A DNA stretch of 64,000 bases. It comes from Vicugna vicugna (Eukaryota). A program made the position numbers and the translations under genes. Shown piece by piece: positions 9,360 to 22,403 of the stretch (its first letter is position 1; each line of letters begins with the position of its first letter). Below the pieces are notes generated by a model that saw only the letters and a program-made list of their open reading frames with translations, had not been told where the DNA came from and ran no database searches. The DNA lies in NCBI GenBank assembly GCA_013265495.1, contig MU058198.1:1872419-1936418 (forward strand), written 5' to 3'.

Positions 9360-12300
9360 CCTCATTTTATGCAGAAGACTTTTTTAAAAAGATATCTATA
9401 TTTTAGTCAAATTAAGAAAGACCCTATGTTTTGTTCAGAACAGGAAATGAAAATATTTTAGTGACTATAAATCTCATTCTAAGAATTCAAGACTGTAAGC
9501 AATGTAATTGCTTAACTTTCAGTGATCCTTTTTTATTGTTCTTTTGAGCCCACACTTCAAGTAGATTGCCCTAAAATTTTTCAGTTTTCAGTTTCACTTT
9601 TTTTCTAGTTTATTCAGAGTATTTCTTTTTTGCTAATATGAGTATCTAAGTCTATATTTCCTTTAATCACTGTTTAAATATATCCCATAGTTTCTGATTT
9701 ATTTATTAAAATCCTATATGCCCCTCCTTATTTTTTGTTTGCTTGACTTCCATTGGCCTGTCTTATTAAATTAACCTGTCATTAGTGTACTTGTGTTTAT
9801 GATTTCTTGGTATCTCTTTTGGTTGAGTTTTACGTATTACTGGGAGCATACATTGGTAATTACTGTATCTTCAATGTAAATTGTGGATTTTAGCAATATA
9901 AAGTCTTCTTTGTCTCTGAGCCTGAATTCTACTATGTCTGCTCTTTATTGCTTGTACTTGCCTGTTATAACTGGGCATTAAAAATGTTTTAGCCTTTTTA
10001 AACATTTTGATATTATTGAACTATATATTTAATGAAATGCTCAGATATTAAGTGCTAAGATTTATGTCAGAGAATGTTTTGCCTATGTTGTCTTCTGGGA
10101 GTTTTGTGGTGTCATGTCTTACATTTGGTCTTTAAACCGTTTCCAATTTATCTTTGTATATGGTGTAAGGAAGTGTTCTAACTTCATTGATTTACATACA
10201 GCTGTCTAGCTTTCTGAACACCACTTGTTAAAGAGACTGTTTTTCCTCTATTGTGTATTCCTGTCTCATTTGTCATAGATTGACTGTAGGTGCATGGCTT
10301 TGCTTCTGGGCTCACTATTTTTTTCCAGTGATCTATGTGTCTGTTTTTGTGCCAATGCTGTGCTGTTTTGACTACTGTAGCTTTGTAGTATAGTCTGAAA
10401 TCTGGAAGGATTATGCCTCCAGCTTTGTTCTTTTTCCCAGGATTGCTTTGGCAATTCTGAGCCATTTGCAGTTCCTTATAAATTTTAGGATTATTTGTTC
10501 TAGTTCTGTGGAAAATGCCATGGGCATTTTAATAGTGATTGCATTAAGTCTGTAGATTACTTTGGGTAGTATGGCCATTTTAACAATATTAATTCTTTGA
10601 ATCCAAGAGCAGGGGATATTTTTCCACTTATTTGAATCATCTTCAGTTTCCTTTATCATTGTTTTATAGTTTTCAGCATATGGGTCTTTCTCCTCCTTGG
10701 TTAAGTTTATTCCTGGGTGTTTTATTTTTTAACACAATTTTAAATGAGATTTAAAATTTTTTCTATTTCTATTTCATTAATAAGGTAAAGAAATGCATTA
10801 GATTTCTGTATGTTAATCTCGTATCCTGCTATTTTGCTGAATTCATTTATTAGTTCTAATAGTGTTTGTGTGGAGGCTTTAGGGCTCTCTATATAGCATA
10901 TCATGTTGTCTGCAAATAGAGTTTTACCTCTTCCATTCCAACTTATATAACCTTTATTTATTTTTCTTATCTGATTGCTGTGGCTACGGTTGCAAATAAT
11001 ATATTGAATAGAAGTGAGAGTGGGCATTCTTGTCTTGTTCCTGAATTTAGCAGGAAGGCTTTCAGCTTTTCACTGCTGAGTATTATGTTGGCTCTTATTA
11101 TTTTTAGGTATGTTTCCTCTGTACTCAGTTTGTTGAGAGTTTTTATCATGAATAGATGTTGAATTTTATCAAATGCTTTTTCTGCATCTATTGAAGTGAT
11201 CAGGTGGTTTCAGTCTTTCTTTTTGTTAAAGTTGTGTAACACATTGATTTGCATATGTTGAACCATCCTTGCAACCCTGGAATGAATCCAACTTGATAAT
11301 GGTGTGTGATCCCTTTTATGTATTGTTGGAGTCAGTTTGCTAATATTGTGTTGAGGACTTTTGCATCTGTATTCATCAAATTATTGGCCTGTAATTTTCT
11401 TTTTTTGGTGTTTTCTTTGGCCTTGGTAACAGGGTGATGGTGGCTTCATAGAATGAATTTGACAGTGCTCCCACCCTTTCAGTTTTTTAGAATAGTTTGA
11501 GAAAGGTAGCTATAAGTTCTTCTTTGAATGTTTGTAGAATTCTCCATGGAGTTGTTCAGTCCTGGACTTTTATTTGGAAGGAGTTGTTTTATTACAGATT
11601 CTATTTCACTTCTAGTGATCAGTATGTTCAAATTATTTGTTTCCTCTTGACTCAGTTTTGGCAGGCTGTATGTTTCTAGAAATTTGTCCATTTATTCCAG
11701 GTTGCCCAATTTGTTGGCATATAACCGTTCAAATGTCTTATGATTTTTTTTCTATATTTTTGTGGTATCAGTTATAATTTATCATGTTTCATTTCTTATT
11801 TTGTTTATATACATTCTCTCTTTTCTTCTTGGAGATCCTAGCTAGAATTTTGTCAATTTTATTTATCTTTTCAAAAAACCAGCTCTTGGTTTTATTGATC
11901 TTTTCTGTTCTTTTTAATTTATATTTTATTTATTTCCTCTGATCTTTATTATTTCCTCTCTTCTGATGACTTTGGATTTTGTTCGTATTTTTTCTAATTA
12001 TTTTAGTGTAGGTTAGGTTGTTTATTTGAGATCTTTCTTATTTCTTGAAGAAAGCCTGTAGTGCTATAAACTTTCCCCTTAGAACTGCTTTTGCTGCATC
12101 ATGTATATTTTTTAAGGTTGCGTTTTCATTTTTGTTTTGTCTTGAAGTATTTTCTAATTTCTTCTTTGAGTTGAGTTCATCATTGAACTATTGGTTTTTT
12201 AGTAGCATGTTGGTTAGTTTCCATGTAGTCATCCTTTTCCTGTTTTTCTTTCTATAGTTGATTTCTAATTTTATACTGTTGTGGTCAGAAAAAAAAATGT

Positions 12301-12408
12301 TTGGAATAATTCCCATCCTCTTAAATTTGTTGAAGTTTGTTTTGTGACATAGTGTGTGGTCTATTCTAGAGAACCTTCCATGTATGCTTGAAAATAATGT
12401 GTATTCTG

Positions 12409-12410
12409 TT

Positions 12411-12465
<55 letters not shown>

Positions 12466-12467
12466 TT
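12409..12467. repeat. (TTTA)n microsatellite
   Basis: About 14 perfect TTTA units. Confidence 0.95.
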
Positions 12468-12817
12468 GGGTGTAGTGTCCTATAGATATCAAGTCCAACT
12501 GGTCTATTGTATTACTTAGGACCTCTGTTGCCTTATTGGTTTTCTGTCTGCATAATCTGTCAGTGACAGTATTATAATCTCTATTGATAATCTTTCTTAG
12601 TTCAGTTAGCATTTTTGTTACCTCCTTTTTAAACTCTGTGTCTAGTAGATTGGTGAACTCTGTTTCATTATTTGTCTTCCAGTGGGTTTCTCTTGTTCTT
12701 TTAATTGGGAATGTTTCCTATGCCTTAGGAGAAATAATCATTTTCTGTGACATTGAAAGGGTGTTTTTAATGTGGGAGTACTCCTGTGTAAATTGTGTGT
12801 GTCTGATGTGTTTGGTG

Positions 12818-13267
12818 TGGCAATGAAAAATTAATCAGTTGATCTAAGAAAGAGATGGAAAATTTTATTTGAGCTAAATTTGAGGATTATTTCCTAGAAA
12901 GAGCATTTCATAAATCTCTGAGAACTGTTCTGCCCATTAGAAGTCCAGGCACAGTTAGGTAAGATTTTTGAGATAGAGGGCTGTACATTAAATGATGTAT
13001 CATTGGCAGTTTACACGGTCCAGGTCTAAGCATCATCATGGCCATTTGCAAGATAAGAGAGATATTATCTTTTAAGAAGTTGTCTTACTTATGCTAGAAG
13101 AATGTTGCTGTTTATAGTTGAGCAGGTTTTCCTGCCAATGGGGGAGGTTTGAGCGATGCATAATGCAGATACACAATGCACAGTAAGTACGAGAGAGGAG
13201 ACCAAGGGAGGCTGAGAAAGTTACTTATGTTTAAATTTATGTTGTCTTTCAATAGTTTTATTTCCCA
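12818..13267 (-). mobile_element. ERV solo LTR nested in L1, 4-bp TSD
   Basis: TGG...CCA termini with imperfect terminal inverted similarity; perfect GGTG repeats at 12814-12817 and 13268-13271. Confidence 0.75.
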
Positions 13268-15395
13268 GGTGTCAGGGATGGTTTTAATATGGATGCCAGC
13301 CATGTCTTTCCTCAGGGTGTGCTGGCCTTATCCCCTTGATGGGGCAGGCATGGTTGGTCCAGTATCTAGTGCCCATGATGAATGTGAGGTAGGGTTTCTT
13401 TCAGCTCTATAGCTGTCATCACCACCCTGTCAGTGGTGGGGTACACTCCCTAATTGTTGGAATAGAAGCTTTGAAGGTCAAGTTTGATCAGGCTCCTTTG
13501 TACTTGTGTACATGCCCTATCCCAAAAGAAGAGTTGGTGAAGCAGGTGAGGCCCATGTGGATTATCTGCCACCTGTTTAGGAGTCCGCAGTTCCACTCAG
13601 AAGCAGCCTAAGGTCTCATCCCTTTTTCTGTTGTGTACATCCCAGAACTAGTGCAAGGCAGTGGTACAGAGTAGGCTGGAACTAGGATTCTGGATGTTAT
13701 GGCTTTAGGAATTGAAGTGGTTGTGCTCCCATCTGAGATCTTGGCTTCCCCTGTAACAGACTTCTTCCAGGAATTGTCTGCCCCAGATTTAGTGCTAAGC
13801 TGTGGTGTGCAGTGGGCAGAGCAAGTGTGCTCTCTCTGGGAGAGGACCCACTGTGTACTCCTGAGTGTGCTGATAATGGCCTTTGCCGCTCACCCAGATC
13901 ACACCCCAGGCCCTCAGGGCTGTTTCTGTATAACTAGATTAAGCCCTCTCTTAGGGCCTGTCTGCCCAACCTTCAGCACTTAGCTGCTGTGCGCTTCTGT
14001 GGCAGCTGCGCCACACAAATGCTGACAGTGACCCCTGTGGCTACACCTTGTGCCCCATGCATGCACTGATAATGGTCTCCACGTCTCCACTCAGATCACA
14101 CCCTAGGCGCCCTGGTTAGTATCTGTGCAGTTAGACCAAGTCTCTGCCCAGATCTCGTGCCAGGCTATGGTGTTGAGTGAGCAGGGCCAGGGTGTTCACC
14201 TTTTCAGATTAGGAAGTGCAGTGAGGTGACAGCCACAGTGCAAGGCTCTCTCCACCCTGATTGTCAGCAAGCCAACATGTGTGCACCCTTCCCAAGTAGA
14301 GTCTAGGCTTCTTTAGCCCATCTATCTGTCTCAGCAGATTTCCCATCTCCTCTGTGCAGGTCTCCAGCATGGGATGCCCAGATTGTGGTTTTACTAGTTC
14401 ACTCCCCAGGGCAGTGGTCCACCTGTTTGGACCTTTTCTTCCTTAAGATCCCTCCCAGGGGTACAGGTCCTGACCCAGTGCCTTTTTTCCCCATTTTACT
14501 CAGTTACATGGAGATCTTTCTTGCAGCTCTGGTTGTGTAGGAGTTCTGCCAGTTTCCAATTCTTTGCCAGTTTCCAAATTCTATGCCTACTTCTGCCAGC
14601 TTCCTTGTTCTCTGCCTACTTCACATTCATCCTTATTTATAAGGTAAAGTCTTACAATAATGCCTCCTCTTCCTGGCCCTGAAGTTTTGTTCTCTTTCTG
14701 ATAGCCCCAGGAGTTTGTCAAGTGTTCTAAATCACAAATCAGTTACTAGTAGAGCTGGGAAATCAACCTAGACAGTCTGATTTCAGATCCTGGTTAATTA
14801 ATAACCTGCCATGCCACCTACACCATGAAGGAAGAGTTTAGAGTTTTGTTTGTTTTCTGTCTTAACACCTACACTTAACATGGCCCATGACAGATGTTCA
14901 GCAAATATTCATTAAACATAAGAATTAATCTGCTCCCGTTTACAATGTTATTAATGGAGGTATTTCCAATCTCGCAAATTATTGAGTGACATTTTGGGCT
15001 TATAGCTGTAATATGATTTTACATGTTGTTTGTTTGTTTTTGCTGATGTGATTATTTCTTTGTTTCGTATTATTTCTTAGTATTTTCATAAGAATTGGGA
15101 AAACTGCTGGACAAATTCATCTGGAAATTTGCATGAATAACTTATTGATCTTTGTTCTGTGCTTGAAGTTTTGTACATATTAGAAGCTCAGTAGGTGCTG
15201 AATAAATTTAAAATGTAGATATACACAACTTCTCAAATATTTCAAATGTTTATTGTTTTCTTGTCATCCTTTAAGCTTGGTTAGAAAATTAAGTAATTCA
15301 AGTGTAAGTAATTTACTCATCTAAAATTTACATTTTGTTAGATCATCTTAACCTCTTTTTTAAAAAAGTCTTTACTCCCTTTGTAGAGTTGAAGG

Positions 15396-15455
15396 ATGGA
15401 TTTTTCGTGGTTCTACAAATTTATGGTTCTTGTGTGGAAGAATTTTATTTTAAAG
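15396..15455 (+). CDS. Gene B coding exon 1 (start codon)
   Basis: Acceptor at 15386; aggATGG Kozak context; MDFSWFYKFMVLVWKNFILK; donor AAG|GTAAGC. Confidence 0.9.
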
Positions 15456-15813
15456 GTAAGCTGTGAACTACCTATAGAATTTTTGAAACAGCTGAGAGAC
15501 CACATGGGAAAATTCTGATAGCTCAGTCACTGCATTTCAACTTAATACTGTTTCATTTTTCTCAGTTCTAGGACTAGGGGTATCTCTTCAAAATCTGTAG
15601 AGTCCTCATAGAGTGAAGTGATAGCAGAATGGCACATAGAAAGGAGAGAAAAGACAGTCCAGGAAACCTCTGCTATTATAGAGTGAAGCTGTTCTTTTGG
15701 GCCATCTATATGTCTTCTTTTATGAATTGTCTGTTAATATAAAATAATTAGTCATTTGTAAAGTGAATGTACTCTTAGAGCTATTAACAATCTTTTTTTC
15801 TCTCGTCTTCTAG

Positions 15814-16075
15814 AGGCGGCAATTCATTGCTTTAGTTGTGGAAATCATCCTCGCATTCCTATTTGCTGGTACCCTTTTGTTAACTCGTAAGTTTATCGTT
15901 ATAAGGAAGTATGGACCTTTCAATTACTCTGTTCAGCCTGTGGATGAGTTGCCTTCGTTCCTTAGAGACACTCCTTCTTCTGGAGCATGGGAATTGGCTT
16001 TCGTGCCTTCCAAAAGTGTTGTGGTGAAGAATATTGTTGAAACCGTGAAAAGGGATTTACACTACAACTTTAAAG
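15814..16075 (+). CDS. Gene B coding exon 2 (TM1, ECD1 start)
   Basis: cttctag|RRQFIALVVEIILAFLF...WELAFVPSKS...YNFK; donor AG|GTTAGA, phase 1. Confidence 0.92.
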
Positions 16076-18659
16076 GTTAGAAATTAAGGTTTTCTGGGGG
16101 AAAAAAGGTATTATTCAACTGTTTTAGGGAAAGCACACTTGTAACCTTTTACTGGGCGTTAATCCCAAGTGAAACATTGTAGGTGATCCGCATAAACAGA
16201 GAGTAGCCTCCTAAGTATAACATGGACTTTGTTGTGCTTGAGAGTTAAATTCCTATAAAATATTTCTCCCTGGAGCCCCAAACAAACAGTAATATTTTTA
16301 AATTGGGAGATCAATTTTTATTATTCTTGGTTACCACCCAATTCTGTGATACTGTCTTCCTTCTTTCTGGTTATGCTTCTTGAACTGGGTAAGTATTACT
16401 CCAGGAATATACCTCATAGTGTGCCAGAAGTACTCAAAGGAAGTGTGTAAGCTGGAGCCTTCATTCTGGATGCACACTCAGTAGTCAGTTACTTCAAACA
16501 TCATTTATGTAAAAATGTTGCACAAGTCATATATGAATGCTTTGGAGAAGACTCAAGCTTCAAGAATTATTTTTAAAGTGCCCGGTTCCTCACTTACACA
16601 TTCTCGACTCAATTTGTCTTTTTTTTTCTCCCAGAGATAAACATTGTCAGAATTTTGGTGGGCATCTTTCTACTGCCCCTTTCCTTTACACACGTATATT
16701 TATTCAGTAGTGTATTTTTTCAGTCTTTTTTTTTTTTGTCTCTCAAGGATTTTGAGAGTCCTTGAGAGTAGATTCCATCTCAAAATATTTCCTGTTTCTA
16801 AAAAACACTATGGCAGAAAAATGCAGAATCTCAGTAATTTTTAAAGTATACGTCCCAATAATTTAGTCTTCTATAGGTTGTGCTGTGTTACTAAAAATAA
16901 TTTATAATTTCCACTCTGATTTCTTCTTTGATGCCTGGGATTTTAGAAGTGTAGCACTTAACTTCCAAACATCCAAGGATTTGTTATCTTTCTGTTGTTG
17001 ATTTCTATTTCAATTTCCTATAATCAGAGAGTATGATCTATGATTTCAGTTCTTTGAAAATTTGAGAATTATTTATAGCCAATTCACGATGTATTTTGAG
17101 AAATGTTCCATGTGAATTTGTAAAGACTATATATTCTGTAAATTTTGCTTGTAATGTTCTATAAATGTCACCAAGGTCAGGTTGTCAAGTTGGTTAATCA
17201 TTGTGCTTTTCAAATTTTCTATATTCTTACTATTTTTTGTCTGTTTATCCTCTCAGTTGATGAGATAGGTTTTAAATTTCCAGTTTGGTGTCATTAGTAT
17301 TAAATCAGTTATATATATTAAAATCATATTATAATTTCCTTTTTGCTTACATATTTTGAAATTATGTTATTAGGTCATATAATCTTTGTGTTGAATTGTT
17401 CTTAAAAAATATTTCTCAGTTCTGCAATCTTCACTCATCTCTGTTTTTAATAGATTCTAGATTTCTAGAGGAAGTTTTGTTTTTCAATTTATTAACCGTA
17501 TTAACCATAGTTACTTTAAAGTCTCTACCAGCAATTTCTGGTATCTGGATCTCTTGGATATATTTTTTCCAAATCATTGAGTTCTGTTTTGGAGCATATC
17601 TTGTATATTTTTATTAAGTGACAGATATTATGGATAAAAAATATTAGATGCTCTTGAAGGCACTTTATCTAAAGAGGGTTAGGTTTCTTCTGGATGGTTA
17701 TTAGAGTACTGATGGGTCAGCTTGACTCCATGCAAGATTGTTTTTAGGCCTTAGTAAAGACTGCTCTATTTCAGTTTTCTTTTTGCCCCTGAGGCATACC
17801 CCTTGTCCTGCGACCCGGTCATTATTCCTAGGATGTGGCCCTTCTAGTCTGGAGTATTTTTGAAGGCCCCATTCCGTTGGTGGAGCTTGAACTTCATTCT
17901 GTCTCCCCAGCATTGCCTAGCTGCTGAAATTACTGCTCAGCATTTCAGCCTGCCACCTGGTATCATCCTCTTGGTTTCTTAAGAGTCTTATCCTATGCAT
18001 GCTAGGTTTAGAGTTGGTCAGTGGAATTTACATGCTAGTTTTTTCACCTTACTTCTCTGCTATTCTCTTCTCTTTGGAACAGTGCTTCTCAAGTCCCAGC
18101 CATTTTGGCAGCCTGAACTCTCACCTTTTTCTCTCCAACTCAGCAAGTCTGAAACTTTTTGCAAAAATACCAGGGAGGATATGACACTCATGTTGTGCAT
18201 GTCCCTTTTTCAAGGCTCATAACTCTGTAAGTTCTGCTCATGCTGGTTGCTCTCAAACAGATTTCACCCAACTGTTACGCAGTAGGGAAAGTTCAGTCTA
18301 ATATTAGCTACTCCATATGGCTAGAATTGGAAGTCTCTGAATGAGAATTTAAAAACTATCTGCTAGTTACTTCCATGTTTATTACATTATAGTCAGAGAC
18401 AAAGTCTTTAAGATGTTGATTCCTCAGAATTTATTGATATTCTTTTGTGTGTCCTAATACATGAGGAACCTAAAAAATTCCTTAAGTGCTGTATGTTGAT
18501 ATGTATTCTGAATGGTCATGTACTAGACCACTTTTAGGTATTTATTAGATTTTCTTGCCCTCACCTGCTCATTGGGTCTCAGCTTCATTGGAGAACCTTT
18601 GCCACTGCTGCCTTCACCTGATCATTTAACCATTCCAGTGCTCTAAGGCTCCCATCCCT

Positions 18660-19700
18660 CAAGGTAACATAGCACAAGACTGAACTATCCCGTGATGACC
18701 TCTCAGTGTGGAGAAAAAGTGAATGAGTGCCTAGCTACCTTAGCTATAAGGGAAGCTACTGGAGAAAACTAATTGTCTCCAGCAGCACCAAGGGTACTGA
18801 TTTGGGGCCCCCATGACTTGGAGTGGGGAGAAGATCATGAAAAAGGAAGATAAGAATATCAAAGGGCATTAAAGGGACACAGTTCCTGCTGACCACACTG
18901 AAGATTTCAGCAGAAGTTCACCCATAAGCCTCTGAGAGAACCTTGGCAGAGGGTCTCCCCACCAGGCGCATCTAAGACCTTGAGTGCTAAACGCACAGCT
19001 CCTCCCACTCTATAGCCAGCTCCTTGTGTAACTCCTAAGTGCAGCAGTTAAGAAGTGTCCCGTAAACAGAGTGCTATCAGACAAACCAGGATCTATGGGC
19101 AAGAGAAAAACCAAAATCTAGAGCTGTATTATTACCTTCTTGGAAATAAAAGAGAGGTTTCCAGCAGCCAGCCAGTGAGTTGTAAGAACCAGAGAAAATA
19201 TTACATAAGAATTCTGCTTCAGGAGGAAGCAAGAAGTGTAGAGCAGGTGTATGAATAGAAGGTCAGAGAGAACTCCAGAGTTAACAGTACACCTCGTCTG
19301 AAGGCAACTAGTGAAGAATTGAGGAGATGTCTGTTACTTCAAATGAGACGGCAGCAATTCAAAACTATGAGGAACATGAAGCATGTTCCCAAATGACAAG
19401 AAAACGTGTCATCCCAAAAAGATAACAAATTCTTCAATGACCATGCTCAAAGGCGTAAGTCTTGAGATCTAGCAGATGAAGAGTTAAAAAATTGCTATTT
19501 TGAGGAAACTCAACAAGCTACAAGAAAACAGACAAGTCAATGAAATAAGAGGAAAAAATACATGAACAAGGTGAAAAATTTGGCAGTGACATAGAAATCA
19601 TAAAAAGAACTGAACAAATTTTGGAGCTGAAGAATTCAATGAATGAAATGAAATGTAAGGTGCAGCAGTGAATATCTGCATTGGGGTAGATCAAATACAG
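18660..19700 (+). mobile_element. Old L1 5' region / ORF1 fragment
   Basis: 19470-19660 resembles the ORF1 coiled coil (aaaattgctattttgaggaaactcaacaagctacaagaaaac...gagctgaagaattcaatgaatgaaatg); left boundary uncertain. Confidence 0.55.
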
Positions 19701-21165
19701 GGAGGCTGCTAGTTTTGTTTCCCATAGTTTGTATACGGTCCCAGAGATATTCTTCTCACTCCAAACACAGCCTCTAAATCAGAGGCATCACAGCCAGCAA
19801 TGTTGATAAGGAGTTCCTGGTACCGCTAACATTTTCTAATCTAACTCAGTAACCTTAGGTACAGTGCTGCAAGAAAGTAAACCTCAAATTTATCTTATTA
19901 GTCCTTCCTGGATCCAGGACAATCGAGGTTATGCTTTCTATGATCCCTTTTATCACAATTATAAATCTATACTTTTTTAACCAAGCTCCTCACCAGTGAC
20001 AGCCTCTAAGGACAGTCACATATTTGTCTGATACCATATTTGTATCATATCACAACTATTAATATTATGGCCTAGAAATGCAGTATATTTTCTGTTTGGC
20101 AAATCTAATTGGGTTATGCTTGACACCATCCCCAGCCCCAGTTTGAAAAGCATTAATGTGCTCAGGTTTGAGCTAATATCTTGGACACCCCATCAACCAT
20201 GAGTTGCCAGTATTAGCAGCAAGCCAGAGCAATCTTTGTTCTAGTATTTGCCCTGGGGTTCCTTGAAGCTGATGAATAACTTACAGCAGAAGAGTGTTGG
20301 CTGAGTGTAAGCTTGCATCTGAAGCTGAGATGTCTGATTCTTTTAATGATGAAAGCTACTACTCTTGTCAGTGTTGCTTGTGTTGACCTTGGGAATCGTT
20401 ATATTGCTGACTAGAGGTCGGTTTTGAGTTTTGGGCATAGAAAGCCGTGGGGAATGATGCTATATCCTTTTTCTAGTGGCTTCCTCAAATACTTATCTTG
20501 GAGACATATTCTTGTAGGTACATGGTCACCTCCCAGGCCAAACACTGACCCAAGAGCACAAGAATCAGAGTCAGTTCCAGAATCCATAACCTCATCCTTC
20601 CCTTCTTCCTTTGGATCAGACAGTCCCTTTGTTTTATAACCATCTAAGTGTCTCCATCAAGTTTCCATATGTTCAGGAAAGGTATTGTCTAGGATGGGGG
20701 CTAATTCTTTGAAATTGCATGTTGTGTTTTTTTTTTTAATAGATATGTGTGCAGAAAATGAGTGGAGTGGAAAGTGGCTAAGGGAACTGATTTTATAAGT
20801 CTTTATAAGATTCAGAAACAGTGATACCTGGGAGTCCAGGTGACAAGTATGGCAAAGAGTTGGGGAGACTGTGGCTTGTGAATGGGAATTTGGAAGCATG
20901 AGATAATACCTTTGGTAAAGATATGGCGTCCTCACAAGCTATACTGTCAACAGTGGCAATAGTGAGGCTTGTCATGGGAGCGTTTGAAAATCCAGTCATT
21001 GACGGATTGCTAGAGGGAGAGTTGTGCAGTCAAGCCATTTAAATCTTAGTAATAAAAATGCATGGAACTTCACTTGCACCTATGGGCTATTGAAGCCTTT
21101 CCTGTTTACCTCAAAAATATGTTTACTCCGAAGAAAATCTTTAGTGTATACAAATGTGCATAAAG

Positions 21166-21700
21166 TGTCTTGCCTTATGTTTAAGTGTTTAATCCACTTT
21201 GAGTTTACTTTTGTGTACGGTGTGAGGGAGTGTTCTAGATTCATTGATTTACATGCTGCTGTCCAGTTTTCCCAACACCATTTGCTGAAGAGACTGTTTT
21301 TATTCTATTGTATGTTCTTGCCTCCTTTGTCAAAGATTAATTGACCAAAAGTTTGTGGGTTCGTTTCTAGGCTCTCTGTTCTGTTCCATCAATCCGTAAG
21401 TTTGTTTTTGTACCAATACCATGCTGTTTTGATTACTGTAGTTCTGTAGTATTGTCTTAAGTCTGAGAGGGTTATTTGAGATTTGCAGATACTGGCAGGT
21501 ATATGTAAAATAGATAAACAAGTTTATACTGTATAGCACAGAGAAATATATTCAACGTCTTGTAGTAGCTCACAGTGGAAAAGAATATGAAAATGAATAT
21601 ATGTATATTCATGTATGACTGAAAAATTGTGCTGTACACCAGAAGTTGACACATTGTAAACTGACTATAACAAAAAAAACCAAAAAACCAAAACAAAAAC
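21166..21700 (+). mobile_element. 5'-inverted truncated L1 with TSD
   Basis: Antisense ORF2 piece (21166-~21475) joined to a sense 3'UTR and A-rich tail; flanks AATGTGCATAAAG (21153) and AATGTACATATAG (21701). Confidence 0.8.
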
Positions 21701-22275
21701 AATGTACATATAGATATTTAAATGACAACATATTTTGTCTTAGAAGGGTGCAAATGATGCCACATTTTAAAATTTTAGGCTAAACTTAATTTAAGCTAAA
21801 TTCATTGATAGGTCATCTCAAATACTGAAACACAATTACCTCAAATATTAAAATCATAATGTGGTTTCATTCCTCAACTCCTAAGTAATTTTTGTTAGTA
21901 TTAAAGATTCCCATGGTATAAGGCTTTGAATAGATTGTGTAGGTCAATTTTGTTCTTATTTCCCTTTGAGATGGAAATTTCAAAATACCAGTTTGAAACA
22001 TTCCTCATCCTTAGCTTATTTCAACATACGGTTATTACAAGGATTAATTATATTTTAAGCTTGTGATAAATTTTTTTAAACTCCTAAAAACTTTCAGGCA
22101 TTTCAAATATCAGTTTGTTATGCCAGTGTCTGAGCTGCAGTGTTTTAAAATTTATACTATTTTGATAGCCTTTCATCCACGTAAGGTGGATTTCCCATCT
22201 TACAGATAGGAAGCGCTGTCAGACAGTTTGCCTTTATGTGGTCAACTCACACCTTAGATTTTTCTCTCTCTACAG

Positions 22276-22403
22276 TTCAAGGCTTTTCTTCAGAAAGAGA
22301 TTTTGAAGATTATGTTAAGGAAAAGGATAACTCTAAAAGAGTGATGGTTGCTTTTGTTTTTGACCACGAGTTCAAAAATAGCAATGATCCCCTGCCACTT
22401 AAG
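22276..22403 (+). CDS. Gene B coding exon 3
   Basis: tctacag|(V)QGFSSERDFEDYVK...VFDHEFKNSNDPLPLK; donor AAG|GTAAGA. Confidence 0.93.

Larger units (their letters stand above)
10050..14570 (-). mobile_element. Large degraded L1 (ORF2 pieces, deleted ORF1, 5'UTR)
   Basis: Minus ORFs give ORF2 peptides ([31 protein letters not shown] for the FADD motif; [31 protein letters not shown]); the GC-richer 13272-14570 resembles the L1 5'UTR at 41900-43130. Confidence 0.85.

Noticed and set aside
10184..11691. Reverse-transcriptase-like ORFs as an active element or novel RT system
   Set aside because: Fragmented L1 ORF2 with frameshifts and a mutated FADD motif (FADN).
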